Shown here: positions 18,601 through 26,194 of the stretch, piece after piece | How the letters are laid out: each line of letters begins with the position of its first letter | Position numbering within the stretch: the first letter of the stretch is position 1 | From: a virus | Lineage: Duplodnaviria; Heunggongvirae; Uroviricota; Caudoviricetes | IMG/VR virus record: IMGVR_UViG_3300014204_000003 | Location: 64,001 to 106,946 of that record | Strand: one strand, 5' to 3' | DNA: 42,946 nt | Position numbers and translations under genes: made by a program | Notes under the pieces: model-generated | Database searches by the model: none | Seen by the model: only the letters and a program-made list of their open reading frames with translations | What the model was told of the DNA's origin: nothing

Positions 18601-21600
18601 CTCTGCCTCGTCATAAATAGACGCATGCCATTCTGACCGATCGGTTATGCCACTATTGTAATATTCATCCCCTAAGTCCACCAACATGCCAAATACTTCT
18701 GGGTCCGCAAGCATACCCTTAACGTCGGGACCAGCTTGCTTGCCGCCAGGTTCAATTTCTTCCGCAGTCTCGAATCCAGCCTCTTGGCTTTTCTTTTTCA
18801 GGTTCTTCCGGATCTCGTCCAGTTTGGAACTCTTAATCCGGGCGGGAGGCTTGCCTATCGGCGCCGATTCTCTAATAGACTGCGGACCGGTAATTATAAT
18901 TTCTTCCTGCTTCTGAGGCTTTGATTCCTGAGGAGGAGGAGCAAGCTCTCTCTTAACTTTTGATATCCCGGATTTTGCAATAAAGGCATCAATCTTGGTT
19001 GGGTCGGAAGGAATACCTTTCAAATCTGCAACCGCCCGGACAATCATCCGGATTCTGGTAGGCTTCATCCCGGCCATATCCTTGGATATTGATTGGGCAA
19101 TTTCACTCACCGGTCGCCCATCCAAGAGTTCGTTCACTATCTGATTGGCGACCCCAAACTTCACTGCATCATTATATTGCGCCCTGACTACCGGAGTCTC
19201 CACGGGACCTAAGTCCATATCTGGAAGCTTGCTTAAAATATCCTCAGGCGGAGCTTCGAGAGACGAAGGAGGTTCCGGCTTCTCCATTTTTTCAGGAACA
19301 GGGGGTATACCAGGTTCAATAATCTCCGGAGTTGGAGGAGATTCCAGCCCTTCAGGGAGTTCTCCTCCTCTCTTTTCCATAGTGCCGGCAGCGATATCTT
19401 CGGCCTTACCGGTGAGGAAGCGGAAAGTATCCGGAAGAGATTCCGTCTGAGTCTTAAATGAGTTGATTTGAGATTGCAAGTTCTCGGGGCTGACAACCGC
19501 GGTTGCAAATTCCTCCCATTTATTGGTCTCGGGATTCCATTTCTCTGCACGTACCCCAATTGTGGCTTTGTCGGATTTTGGTTCGACAATCCCCATAAGC
19601 TCGTGGTCCGTACCTTCTTCAACTGCCCGGGAGATATCGTCTTGGCTTATTCGGTCAGGTCGATAGAAATAAGTTCCCTTGCCGGCTATTTCTACTCTTT
19701 CCGCCCCGGTCATTCCGGAACGGATATTGAAGTTATTTAAGGCATCCGATTGTCCCCATGCGTCCATTGTCGTCTCGGGAACGAAGACAACTTTTCGGGT
19801 ATCCGAATCGATCGCATCAAGTTGAGACAGGATCGTCTCAGGTTTCTCTGGAAACGTCTCTTGAATTTCCTTCGGCACTCGGGCGCCCGGGATCTTGGGA
19901 ACATTCTGGCCCTCATAAAGATGGTCCATCCACCGTTGAGCTTCATTTAAAACTTCCTGAGAAGGTCCCAACCCTTCTTCAGATGAAATCACCAATTGGA
20001 CTTGGGGATTATCCGGACTCCCTCCAATCTGTGCTCCAACATGGAAAGCCGTTTCGGGAATATCTCCCATATTCTCAGAGAGGTAATGGGTAATCTCATT
20101 GGCAATTCTACCAACACCCCTTGCGGCATCCTTCTCATTCTCGGGAAGATTTTCTTCCCTGAGTGCGGCCATGACATCGGCTTGCGCGAGATTACGGACA
20201 AATGATGTCCTGGTAGCCGGATCCGGAATTAGAGATTTAAACTTCTCGCTAATCTCATCCACATTCCGATCGACCTCATCTTTGTCAATCTTGTCCCGTT
20301 CGGCATAGAGGCTGCGCAATACATCTAATTCCTCGTCAGGAATGACGCCTATTTCCTTACTTAACTCGGGGAACGCACTTGGATAAATGGGCGCTTGCAT
20401 GACGGCATCTTCACCATATTTCGCTGCCAAGGCGTCTTCTGCCGCGTCTATTTCCTTCTGTACCTCATCATAGGTTTTGGTGGAAGGCGGAGCAGTCTCA
20501 GGAGTCATAGCCGGAGCCACTGAGGGGGGAGGCGTAAGTTTTGCATCCAATTGTTTCTTGGCGTCAGAGAGTTTTTCTGATAGCTCGATATAACGAGTGG
20601 GGTCGCTTTCTCCCGATGCTTGTTCTAGTTGGGCATCAAGCTCCTTAATAGCATTGTCAAGTGCGTCAATCGTAAGGTCTGGGCCTACGGGAGTTGGAGG
20701 TAGCCCCGCTTCAATCGGTGGCGCTGGAACGGCTTCAGTTGGAGGAGGCACTACGGCTGGGGCTTCCGGAGCGGCTGGCTTCCCTTTGGCTGGGGTTTTT
20801 GCTGGCCCTCCGGTTGTCTTTGTAGGCCTCTCCACTGGAGGCGCCGGTTGTCGGCCGGGAGCATTATTAATATTGTCGACCGCATTCTTAATATCAGTGG
20901 GAGCGATGGTTTGCGCCAGTTCCTTCTTCTCTTGAGGCGACATGTTATTGTAAGCAATAGTCGCTTCGGCCGCGTCGACCTTACGGCCCATCTTTGTAGA
21001 TATAGTCTCAATGACGGAAGGGAGATGCATGGCGCCGACTGCGACAAATGTTTGAATGCCTGATTCGCCACCGGCTGCCAATCGTTGTCGGATATCTCCA
21101 TCTGTCATGGCCGCAGTAATACCGGCCGCAGCAATCCCATATCCGACCGCAGATTGCAAAGCCCGGCCTACCGCATATTCAGCCGGCGCAGCCGCATATT
21201 GATTAAGGTATTCCCTAAAAGCTCGATATTCGGCACTCTGGCGTGGGATGCCTTTTGAAAGTTCAGTAATTACTTTAGAAAGATTAGGGTTCCGCAAATC
21301 TATCTTAAACTTAGTTCCAAGAGCTCGGATTACCGGAGCCGCCCTCATCATTTCCCCAAGGAAGGCGATGGAATAAGAATGAATGATAGCATCCTTGGGT
21401 TTCTCTCCTTTGGCTATAGCCTCAATCGTGCTGGCAGTGGCCATTACCGTTCCGGCTTCTGTGCCTTGCATTACAGGAGAGATCACGTGATCTATAAGCT
21501 TTGGATGTCTGAGAACGAAATCCAATGTCTTGCCAAATTCAGGATAATTCTTTGCCAAACTTTCAATAGTACTCCCAGCGATTTCAGCAGATGCCGGCGC

Positions 21601-22728
21601 CGCTTCTTCTCCAGCTTTAACTGCGGTTCGCACCTTGCGTATATTGTCTAGGTTCCTAATCCATTTACCCATGACCGGGATATTCCTGGCTTGGCTAAAT
21701 ACTGGGGCCAGGACCTCTCCCAAGAATCCGAATGCTGGTATCGATCCTACGAGTTTGCCTACCTCGTATGCCGCCTTATCAGTCTTTGTGTCGTCGACAT
21801 TGGCTATTTTCTCTCCCAATCCATAGGTAAGCCCAGTACCGATCCCTTGGCTAAAAGAGGACATGATTCTTACAGCTAGAGGTTCTCTTATTCCAGCATA
21901 AGGAATGGGCGTAGCCATTCCCCGAGCGGCTTCTTGTGGGGTTGCTGCTCGCATTGAAGTTTTGCCCGGCTTGAGAGGGAGTAGCGCAGGTTTTATTTTC
22001 CCTGATTGATAATCATTATGAAGGATTTGGGCATAAGCTGTAGCCGTATCGGGATTATCAAAGATTCCAAGATGCTGGCCAGTCTTTTTGTAATATTCGA
22101 ATGCCGGGTCCGGGTCCTTGGGATTCTTTGGTGGATAAAGGATCCTCCCATCAGGAGTTACTCTCGACACAAGAACCTCTTTGCCGTTATCACTGAAGCT
22201 TGCTGACCAAACCGTGCTCATTCCACCTTCCTGCTTATTGGGGACGGAAGGCTGTTTGGTGAGGTCAATATTCCCCGGTGTAATCATCCCGGCAAAGTTT
22301 TGTACCGATGGAGGAGTAGTATTTGGTTTTATATCCAAGACCTTCATGCTTCCGGAATATCCCGGGATCTTGGAGATATCCTTGGGAGTAAAAGAAACCG
22401 GTGGGGGCGGAGGGATCGAAGGAGCGAATGCTCCGCTGATTGCCGATACCACATTCTCTTTGAACGTAGTCGGCTTCGGTTTTGCCGCTGTATCCTTGGC
22501 GGTATAATATTCCTGCCAATGCTTTAACCCTTTGGACAAATCCTTGTCTTGGGTTGCGGCATCATATTCATTAAAGCCGGGGTATATTTCTCCAAGTAAT
22601 TGCCTCTTCACTTCCATGTCTTCAAGAGCATGGAAATTGGGATCGGTCAAAAGGTCCCGGGCAGTCTTATACTTCTGCTTGAACGGATCAGGTTGAGGGT
22701 CCGTAGGCTTTGGAGGATTAGTAGCCAT
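9658..22728 (-). CDS. 4356-aa polyvalent, probably virion-ejected protein: DarB-like adenine MTase + SF2 (SNF2-like) helicase + zincin metallopeptidase-like domain + LPD38-like C-terminus
   Basis: MTase motif I DPAFGIG and motif IV SNVPF (~17500-18140). Helicase AVGGGKT, DEGH, TATP, GEGMNLQ, QADGRGLRQGN (~14000-15750). HEIGH...ELYA (12799-12813). Last gene of the ejection-protein block. Confidence 0.88.
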   Translation of the reverse strand: MATNPPKPTDPQPDPFKQKYKTARDLLTDPNFHALEDMEVKRQLLGEIYPGFNEYDAATQDKDLSKGLKHWQEYYTAKDTAAKPKPTTFKENVVSAISGAFAPSIPPPPPVSFTPKDISKIPGYSGSMKVLDIKPNTTPPSVQNFAGMITPGNIDLTKQPSVPNKQEGGMSTVWSASFSDNGKEVLVSRVTPDGRILYPPKNPKDPDPAFEYYKKTGQHLGIFDNPDTATAYAQILHNDYQSGKIKPALLPLKPGKTSMRAATPQEAARGMATPIPYAGIREPLAVRIMSSFSQGIGTGLTYGLGEKIANVDDTKTDKAAYEVGKLVGSIPAFGFLGEVLAPVFSQARNIPVMGKWIRNLDNIRKVRTAVKAGEEAAPASAEIAGSTIESLAKNYPEFGKTLDFVLRHPKLIDHVISPVMQGTEAGTVMATASTIEAIAKGEKPKDAIIHSYSIAFLGEMMRAAPVIRALGTKFKIDLRNPNLSKVITELSKGIPRQSAEYRAFREYLNQYAAAPAEYAVGRALQSAVGYGIAAAGITAAMTDGDIRQRLAAGGESGIQTFVAVGAMHLPSVIETISTKMGRKVDAAEATIAYNNMSPQEKKELAQTIAPTDIKNAVDNINNAPGRQPAPPVERPTKTTGGPAKTPAKGKPAAPEAPAVVPPPTEAVPAPPIEAGLPPTPVGPDLTIDALDNAIKELDAQLEQASGESDPTRYIELSEKLSDAKKQLDAKLTPPPSVAPAMTPETAPPSTKTYDEVQKEIDAAEDALAAKYGEDAVMQAPIYPSAFPELSKEIGVIPDEELDVLRSLYAERDKIDKDEVDRNVDEISEKFKSLIPDPATRTSFVRNLAQADVMAALREENLPENEKDAARGVGRIANEITHYLSENMGDIPETAFHVGAQIGGSPDNPQVQLVISSEEGLGPSQEVLNEAQRWMDHLYEGQNVPKIPGARVPKEIQETFPEKPETILSQLDAIDSDTRKVVFVPETTMDAWGQSDALNNFNIRSGMTGAERVEIAGKGTYFYRPDRISQDDISRAVEEGTDHELMGIVEPKSDKATIGVRAEKWNPETNKWEEFATAVVSPENLQSQINSFKTQTESLPDTFRFLTGKAEDIAAGTMEKRGGELPEGLESPPTPEIIEPGIPPVPEKMEKPEPPSSLEAPPEDILSKLPDMDLGPVETPVVRAQYNDAVKFGVANQIVNELLDGRPVSEIAQSISKDMAGMKPTRIRMIVRAVADLKGIPSDPTKIDAFIAKSGISKVKRELAPPPQESKPQKQEEIIITGPQSIRESAPIGKPPARIKSSKLDEIRKNLKKKSQEAGFETAEEIEPGGKQAGPDVKGMLADPEVFGMLVDLGDEYYNSGITDRSEWHASIYDEAEDIAEGLGDVLEPLFKKIWSAITGEEDYVGGTGGVYAAFDRVGADLSGGEASKGDREQGEGIIPEGGGKTGGIEPTERPDTRSSLGLPPEQGIGGAAKESDIEAESRKGARFSPRGRKSVVLTKTQRREINAKVAELVEKKQPGDPLTEEETELLRRYTGSGGLGSTEQERGVLYEHYTSYRICAWKWDKLRSMGFPMDNLKVMDPAFGIGNIPGFAPADAKLFGTEIDPTAVRVARLLYPDADIRELPFEQFMPRRDLDVMASNVPFNAARGASRYAEEAKEYEDIKALHDFFFVKSLDMTRPNGVVMFITSTGTMDGVSKGKVDVRKRINRKAEFLGAYRTPAGEYHANTQYDGSTDIIFLRKRTPEEIENWKEDDYQDDFINSLYGDENPIGGHLSQWYVKHPEKAWGELKPGHGVRAGQETRVGVVMDKERYAEMLENALLDDVRYEAKETTAKIEEDEELQIRDVLGETPQGMVPGTIVWMDELGKWGFAQSGTGVILEATELPKISTKKTKKEDSPYHRVREGLKLVELADDLFKSLRNNDVDTADSLRAQIKPLLAAYQKKWATDKQNPTGSPASDPNLWKYLNGGPAASPYPFADPRVWKLAALTESDGSLSKIFSENNLYLPPPEPREFDATDLVDTAKFIYEYTGDMDWAEVAARYNGEGLIGPDQMTPDVINKMASRLVGNPDFSIEALDGSSAPIMQINDEYLFGDIHPKIDQTVQMLDQVRGDHPEGPEKDRIIAALKNQLAKLSEVLPPQADSAEVVRRSDPFSAYIEDRIVIDFLHSYAPWIDKVSKELDPIKGRYFWELKSSYGGQQETKVMEDEQYKDDLGIERTRSVEKVKSFSTEFIQDYLNHNRPQKEVPTGRTDSRGRPTMKKIYDQTGEKIYTAISEQFRKWGNENLNKFESITPKYNRAYRSFRERFYSPKQLDIPGLSAVFKGKLLTINPHQWQGVGRMTHQGSGIISYAVGGGKTLTAILLAAHLKNRNKVKKPLIIVPSKVVKNWAYEISQALPDAKIVDMSGMDANNRYKMLQRLAVSDADFVLATFEGMKEIPLRKSEEYIQEDIKKLEDRLRAAQEASAKQSDKRAKKHEQDIQNALLRLEEKLTKLQQMKKTKTMYFEDLGVDAIMIDEGHNYKNASRDYADMAEYVREAKSAQRADDMIYKTRYIHERRGGRKGQNVWMMTATPTPNHPAEIYVMMQYVAPDEWTNRGINNAGDFIEQFGRMETREVKGALGVPTSKTVWAGYKNLTELRNIFRRYIDFRTIEMLGIKRPDAEYIDIKLPPTGPITEAAGYIAWLEDYLKSDPIAAQMDGINHLSILTRARKLAADAAIYDAEEFKDKVGEPGTKIAEVVRLMIDNDTGENTQLVFLDLYRGGITEEDDPDSGKAATGDNDDDLQQEQKNEHFVELVNLHQVIKDRLVESGIPEDQIAIVNGQVNSGAKAKFKLQQLNAEGKIRFLIGSRAAMGEGMNLQTSTNAIYHIDVPYNFAAMEQADGRGLRQGNKNDSVKIYRFLVGGTSDAKMYDLIARKYQWGLELWTGEADEVLDFDQDGRNFEELSDSAGINTDTLDYFRAKHAITSVVKAKQEITAIVERKHSHLKNVLDDVQWREKSINDIEQAFARGEASDSLRRRYQGHKDNIQKTYAERDELQEEITKLMERLDTLNSEFKKATDFVTLYEDAKRLDKTIEELARERGIGEEQLGDRAFVSGLDIKPRKAKVRPKKEEGLPTPPEDMETTPGEQPETASDYEVPSITTRSGWGTDIAEAKVGKKMYASAREEEKGPNHIATIETKTISPRLSQGRIPQEIIDEVESKAGIILDPITAVVKPVTQGWTIDDQSHQFRIISYGDGTSDVTEEDMWGRIEIPELMNIVHELTGKPIMLNKRLSSSLGRFTGIDEGKIEIRPDLFKAENREQLARTMAHEIGHLADWLPDKTLNRGNLLGRLLTLRRMRKKHWDKVIPAAKEFKDELIALSEYWKPYDPKKETEGYIKYRRSPRELYADFVSVMLNSPGTARRLAPKFTREFHAYLDRKPEFKDAYVKLRMMMSGNTPEDYLDNRINLVGGMIQKAEAISRNIEQEVHELHRAFWGSIKDYVFDMRWETEQRVNRAQKAGCLIPETKNPKYLWDELNFKSYNNRWLFMDKLQKDVFEKYLLPAKITAQDIGYDKFESLVVESPSGKTSIIKNNEPFSPYMALGIYMFLHRSSTQRANVANPKIAGGAYATETLDRLRERMGDVKFKALEDTAHAYTDAYWPLVEKAFEVGIYPERAKESFEENKYNYVKFVSAEHISKYVSPMVRAQIGFAGDVENPIISDIKMRLALIDLITIQEAKRATIDFFRSYEHGAVSKAEPIVTTDVIPTWRAEPDKKVVEILENGKTVGYQMDPYIADSINQRGPTPIANGFKWLNHFHEVWWKIVILYNLGFGGWGNPNRDFWSNYKKLPLKNTVFFGDFIQLLRAYGQAYPHVRSWLAGKGDDMIKEMVSSYEWSVSVSNVVSQENDPYHHLLKRVGVITDNGDIDPRSAAKMYRGAMWILQKLSYPSQLFELMGKTAGHIVRVGAGEKGKTLAFNMRRFTSTPAWYRQGKAGRYMNRIFPFATMFLQGWVSEYQTFANPNTRGGYILRAGKIAFLKVLAALLAAGALKSFLGDELSDWFKDKYGQISDYMESNYLNVPFAETEDGKPIFFSMPLDEGSRLSTGIMSTILRGMEANDPNTWQNVVDFMTALLPSLSPIGQLGSAYYEFYLKGRNPKDGFRGRNVLPPDVAEEGRLSLEANWRMFLFSVNQLGLGQYQTFDNSDQNWYQTWTQYDPVFGKFAGRVVKIGGYGTIERERKEARIIREASKDRSREKRNIGDNTRRFANANQDVQRQSTIVADRINKGEDRKKLLERYPLAKLKGRFARTSRNLSNQERRLWSLRGDVNIPTDLKDARIKEIKEVMDGIAAGALDHYENMLSKKSESLPSPPGSGLEPPPNQ

Positions 22729-22739
22729 TTATCACTCTC

Positions 22740-24281
22740 TTATGGAGGACTGGTGGTTTGTCCGGATCGTTTAGACGCCGCAGGTTTGCCACCACCTTTA
22801 TTTGGAACAGGTGGGGTCCCGGATGTCGGCGGTTTCAGAAGGCTGTCCTTCGCCGCTTTAACTCTATCCGATATTGCTGGAGCCGAAGTGGGCTTCTTTT
22901 TGATTATCTGCCTAATTTCATCTCGGTTTAATCCAACATTATTTTGAAGCCAAATATTAGATTGGGACAATAAGGCGCCGTGAGCTTCGTCGGCATCCAT
23001 ATTATCCAAATCCAAGCCTAAATCAACCCGTGCCATAGCATCGGCATGGTTCAAAACACTGATTGCCTGTGCCGGAGTCATATCTTTGCCGGCCGTCTTT
23101 GCTTCCTGAGCTTCCTTATAGAACTTGGTCCTGAGCCCGCGGTAACTCGCAAGTTCGGAATCGCTGATAAGTTTGAAGTTCGAAGACTTCATCTTATTAT
23201 CGAGAATCTTCTGTTCATTCTTACGGACTTGGAGAAGGGCATTCTCTGCGTCAGTGACCTCCGGATGTGCCGCCATAAAAGTCTGGACCTTCTCATCCAT
23301 CTTTGCGGACAAATTGAGAGAGGAAGTCGGCGGACCGGTTTCAACTGGAGTCCCTTCCGTATATTGCCCGGTGGTCTGGTCCCATATTCGGACATGCTTG
23401 TACCATTTTTTATCCGCGCCCTGATAAGGACGATTGTCGACAATAGGCTTTACCTCAGCCCCGAGGAGTCCCTTTTCTCCGGTCATATAAGAAAGCTTGG
23501 CAGCTTCTATCCTCTTGTCGTCATAACCGGCTGCCTTTAGACCAGGCGCGAATTTCTCCCATTCTTTTTCTCTAAGGGTTTGCTCTTGAGCATGAATTTG
23601 GCTCGCTTCATCCAATTTCTGTTTGGTTTGAAGTGGCCCAAGGGCTTCCATTCGTTCCTTTTCGCTTTGGATGGCAAGTTTATTCTTGGAAGTAATTAGC
23701 GGATTAACATATTGCCCAGGAAGCAATCCGGTCATGGATGATGGGGCTACAGGCGCCGGAGTTTGCGCTGGCGGTACTGTTGATACTGGAGGGGCAGGTA
23801 AAGCCGCCGCGGGCATATAGGCCTCAGTGGGCATACCTCGAAATTCAGCCGGAAGGTTCTCATCGTTAGATGGGCCTTTAGGCATAAAAGATGGTTGAGG
23901 CATCGCAGCGGGAGTCGATGGCCCAGCTCCCTCTGAGGGTGCTTCCCCCTGTCCAGATGGGGCGCCTTGCCCCTCTCCCCCTTGTCCTTTACCTATAAGT
24001 CCCTTTATGAGACCTCCGAGCTTATTAAGGCCACCAATTTTATTATTCATGGCCTTTTCGGCGTCCATAACTGCTTTATGGGCATTCTGCTCTGCTTCAC
24101 TTATGATGGTTTGGGAATTCTGATCTTGGACAGGCTTCTCCCTTTCACGATCGGCCACGTCACGATATTTTTGCGCCAATCCCAGAAGGTTCTGGAATTG
24201 CTGCTGTCTTTGCTCATGACGCTCAGACATCGTTTTGCTATAGCCTTGGAAGAATCCGCCTAATCCCGCTCCCCAACCCAT
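22740..24281 (-). CDS. Putative DNA-ejection / internal virion protein
   Basis: Gly-rich amphipathic N-terminus MGWGAGLGGFFQGY, helical and Pro-rich body; position after the tail genes. Confidence 0.6.
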   Translation of the reverse strand: MGWGAGLGGFFQGYSKTMSERHEQRQQQFQNLLGLAQKYRDVADREREKPVQDQNSQTIISEAEQNAHKAVMDAEKAMNNKIGGLNKLGGLIKGLIGKGQGGEGQGAPSGQGEAPSEGAGPSTPAAMPQPSFMPKGPSNDENLPAEFRGMPTEAYMPAAALPAPPVSTVPPAQTPAPVAPSSMTGLLPGQYVNPLITSKNKLAIQSEKERMEALGPLQTKQKLDEASQIHAQEQTLREKEWEKFAPGLKAAGYDDKRIEAAKLSYMTGEKGLLGAEVKPIVDNRPYQGADKKWYKHVRIWDQTTGQYTEGTPVETGPPTSSLNLSAKMDEKVQTFMAAHPEVTDAENALLQVRKNEQKILDNKMKSSNFKLISDSELASYRGLRTKFYKEAQEAKTAGKDMTPAQAISVLNHADAMARVDLGLDLDNMDADEAHGALLSQSNIWLQNNVGLNRDEIRQIIKKKPTSAPAISDRVKAAKDSLLKPPTSGTPPVPNKGGGKPAASKRSGQTTSPP

Positions 24282-24283
24282 AC

Positions 24284-24604
24284 CTACCTCCCACTGCCTC
24301 TCCGGTTGGACTTACGAACTCCGGTTCGTTTACCTTTTATGCGCTTCTCGATAGATTTCACAAGCCCGGCGGGAACGACGATTTCTCCCTTTTTCATCCT
24401 ATAAACCCCAGTCTTCTTTATCCGGCCGCCTTTATGGGCTTCGGTTAAAGTATCAGGGGATGTCGATCCCGTGGCATCAGAATCGGAGTTTTGAGGGACA
24501 TCCCGGCCAAAGGATTTTTTTAATCGATTAACTATACCCCGCTCTTCTTTATCCTTCATTCCCTTGGCGATTCCACCTGTAAGTCCTCCAAGAAAAGCTC
24601 CCAT
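24284..24604 (-). CDS. Small putative internal virion protein
   Basis: MGAFLGGLTGG N-terminus; HKGG..KKTG.Y....GEIVVP motif; GGAG RBS. Confidence 0.55.
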   Translation of the reverse strand: MGAFLGGLTGGIAKGMKDKEERGIVNRLKKSFGRDVPQNSDSDATGSTSPDTLTEAHKGGRIKKTGVYRMKKGEIVVPAGLVKSIEKRIKGKRTGVRKSNRRGSGR

Positions 24605-24614
24605 GATGTCTCCT

Positions 24615-24629
24615 GTAAACCGGGTTTAC
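24615..24629. promoter_or_regulatory. 15-bp palindrome GTAAACC-G-GGTTTAC (copy 1), operator-like
   Basis: Perfect 7-1-7 inverted repeat at a gene junction; identical to 42530-42544. Confidence 0.6.
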
Positions 24630-25144
24630 TAAATCATTCCTACTAACGACCCAATGCCGGCACCTAATCCTGCGGCATTCTGCTGTCCTAATTGAGCCAG
24701 ACTTGTATATTGGCTTCCGGCGCCTCCCCATGCATTGGCGCCTCCGGACATTCCGGATAAGCCTGTTTGGGTTCCAAGATTAGCCTGGTTGGCAAGTCTT
24801 GCGAGGGCATCGTTGATCCCTCCTGAGTATATTGAAGATTTCGTTCCAGCTTCTCCCAAACGGAGATTCCTCATCGAAACATCCCGGGACCCACCCAGTG
24901 GCATCTGGGAGACAGCATTTTTAGCGGTTGCAAATTGCCGTGATACTGAATTTATCTGAGGCGCAACTGATGCTTGAAGAGCTTGGCCTCCTTTGAGTAT
25001 ATTCGACCAGTATTGTGAAGTTTGCTGTCGATAAGGAGCGGCTTCGTTCCATTGACCCTGAGCGAAGTCGACAAGTTTATTGCCGATATCCCCCTGCGTC
25101 TTGGCTGTCGCTCTGGCTGCTTCAGTATCTCCGCCCTTGCCCAT
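24629..25144 (-). CDS. Putative ejection/pilot protein (P22 gp7-like position)
   Basis: Gly/Ala/Gln/Asn-rich, helical, Gly-rich C-terminus; follows the GNAT-like gene. Confidence 0.6.
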   Translation of the reverse strand: MGKGGDTEAARATAKTQGDIGNKLVDFAQGQWNEAAPYRQQTSQYWSNILKGGQALQASVAPQINSVSRQFATAKNAVSQMPLGGSRDVSMRNLRLGEAGTKSSIYSGGINDALARLANQANLGTQTGLSGMSGGANAWGGAGSQYTSLAQLGQQNAAGLGAGIGSLVGMI

Positions 25145-25146
25145 AA

Positions 25147-25746
25147 TTAACTCCTTTTACGAGCTCGATAGCCCTCTTTGGTGAGACAAGAGACAATTCC
25201 CGCACAAACTTTGCCATCAAAGGTGGTGTATTGCGGGATCCGGCATATTTCATCCATGCCATGTCTCTTAATGAAAATTGACGATAGCCGGTTAGGCTCA
25301 GGCGTGAGTCCGACAAGCGTATCTATGCCAAGAGTTTCGAACCAATAATTAAAAGCCAGATCACAGAACGGGTCCGTATAGGCTGGCTTTTGATAATCCT
25401 TGAAGAAGACAAAACTGCCAATTGCCTTAGTCATAAGGCCGCTGCATGAAGTAATGTCAGAAAGCCATGCCATACCGCAGACATCCATTAGTTTCCCGGC
25501 ATCATCTTGTAATCCAAATACTTGGAGAAGAGACCTTTGAGAAGAAAAGATGTTCATGAACTCCAGCAATGAGATATTAGGCTGTTCATGAAAAACAGTC
25601 TTATCAAGTCTTTCGGCTTTGAGCCTAAAGAATAGGTTTATCAAGGCTTCCTGCGCCGCAGTGCCATCCTCCGCAATATACGGGATGATAATATAAGGTC
25701 CATTTTTAAGACGAGCCTGTTCTTCTTCCATAACTATTTCTTCCAT
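25147..25746 (-). CDS. GNAT-fold (RimJ/RimL-like) protein
   Basis: LVGLTPEPNRLSSIFIKRHGM..I.RIPQY pattern; position between tail and ejection genes as in many podoviruses. Confidence 0.6.
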   Translation of the reverse strand: MEEIVMEEEQARLKNGPYIIIPYIAEDGTAAQEALINLFFRLKAERLDKTVFHEQPNISLLEFMNIFSSQRSLLQVFGLQDDAGKLMDVCGMAWLSDITSCSGLMTKAIGSFVFFKDYQKPAYTDPFCDLAFNYWFETLGIDTLVGLTPEPNRLSSIFIKRHGMDEICRIPQYTTFDGKVCAGIVSCLTKEGYRARKRS

Positions 25747-25809
25747 GACGGTTTTCCCCTTAAATTAATACCTATACTTTAACATTTCGGTGTCAAGCGA
25801 CCGATTCCG

Positions 25810-26190
25810 CTAAATATACCCAAAGAAATCGAACGTCAGTCCACCAATCGGAGGCAATGGTTGTGGATCTCCACCAAAGAGAATAGATTGCACACTCCCA
25901 GCCATCACATCATCAATCAAAATCGTATCTGGCGTCTCAACCGTGTCCTGTAAATCAACAAACTGTGTGACAATCGAAACACTTGGTATGAGTATCGGAT
26001 TCTCGCGCCCAGTGTACAATACTGGTTTGGTTTGTGTGCTCTCAAAATAAATAGATTGCACGCTTCCAACCATTGCATCATCAAGCAGCATTGTGTCCGG
26101 CGTTTCATCTATGTCCAACAAATCAATAAATTTCGCATCAATACTTACTGCTTCTTGCAACAGATCGGAAAATAAAGGTTCAAATGCCAT
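25810..26190 (-). CDS. Acidic hypothetical protein with an internal 29-aa duplication
   Basis: FIDLLDIDETPDTMLLDDAMVGSVQSIYF vs FVDLQDTVETPDTILIDDVMAGSVQSILF. Confidence 0.7.
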   Translation of the reverse strand: MAFEPLFSDLLQEAVSIDAKFIDLLDIDETPDTMLLDDAMVGSVQSIYFESTQTKPVLYTGRENPILIPSVSIVTQFVDLQDTVETPDTILIDDVMAGSVQSILFGGDPQPLPPIGGLTFDFFGYI

Positions 26191-26194
26191 ATAG

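Noticed and set aside
25770-25800. TTGACA upstream of the GNAT-like gene
   Set aside because: No acceptable -10 hexamer at 16-18 nt spacing.
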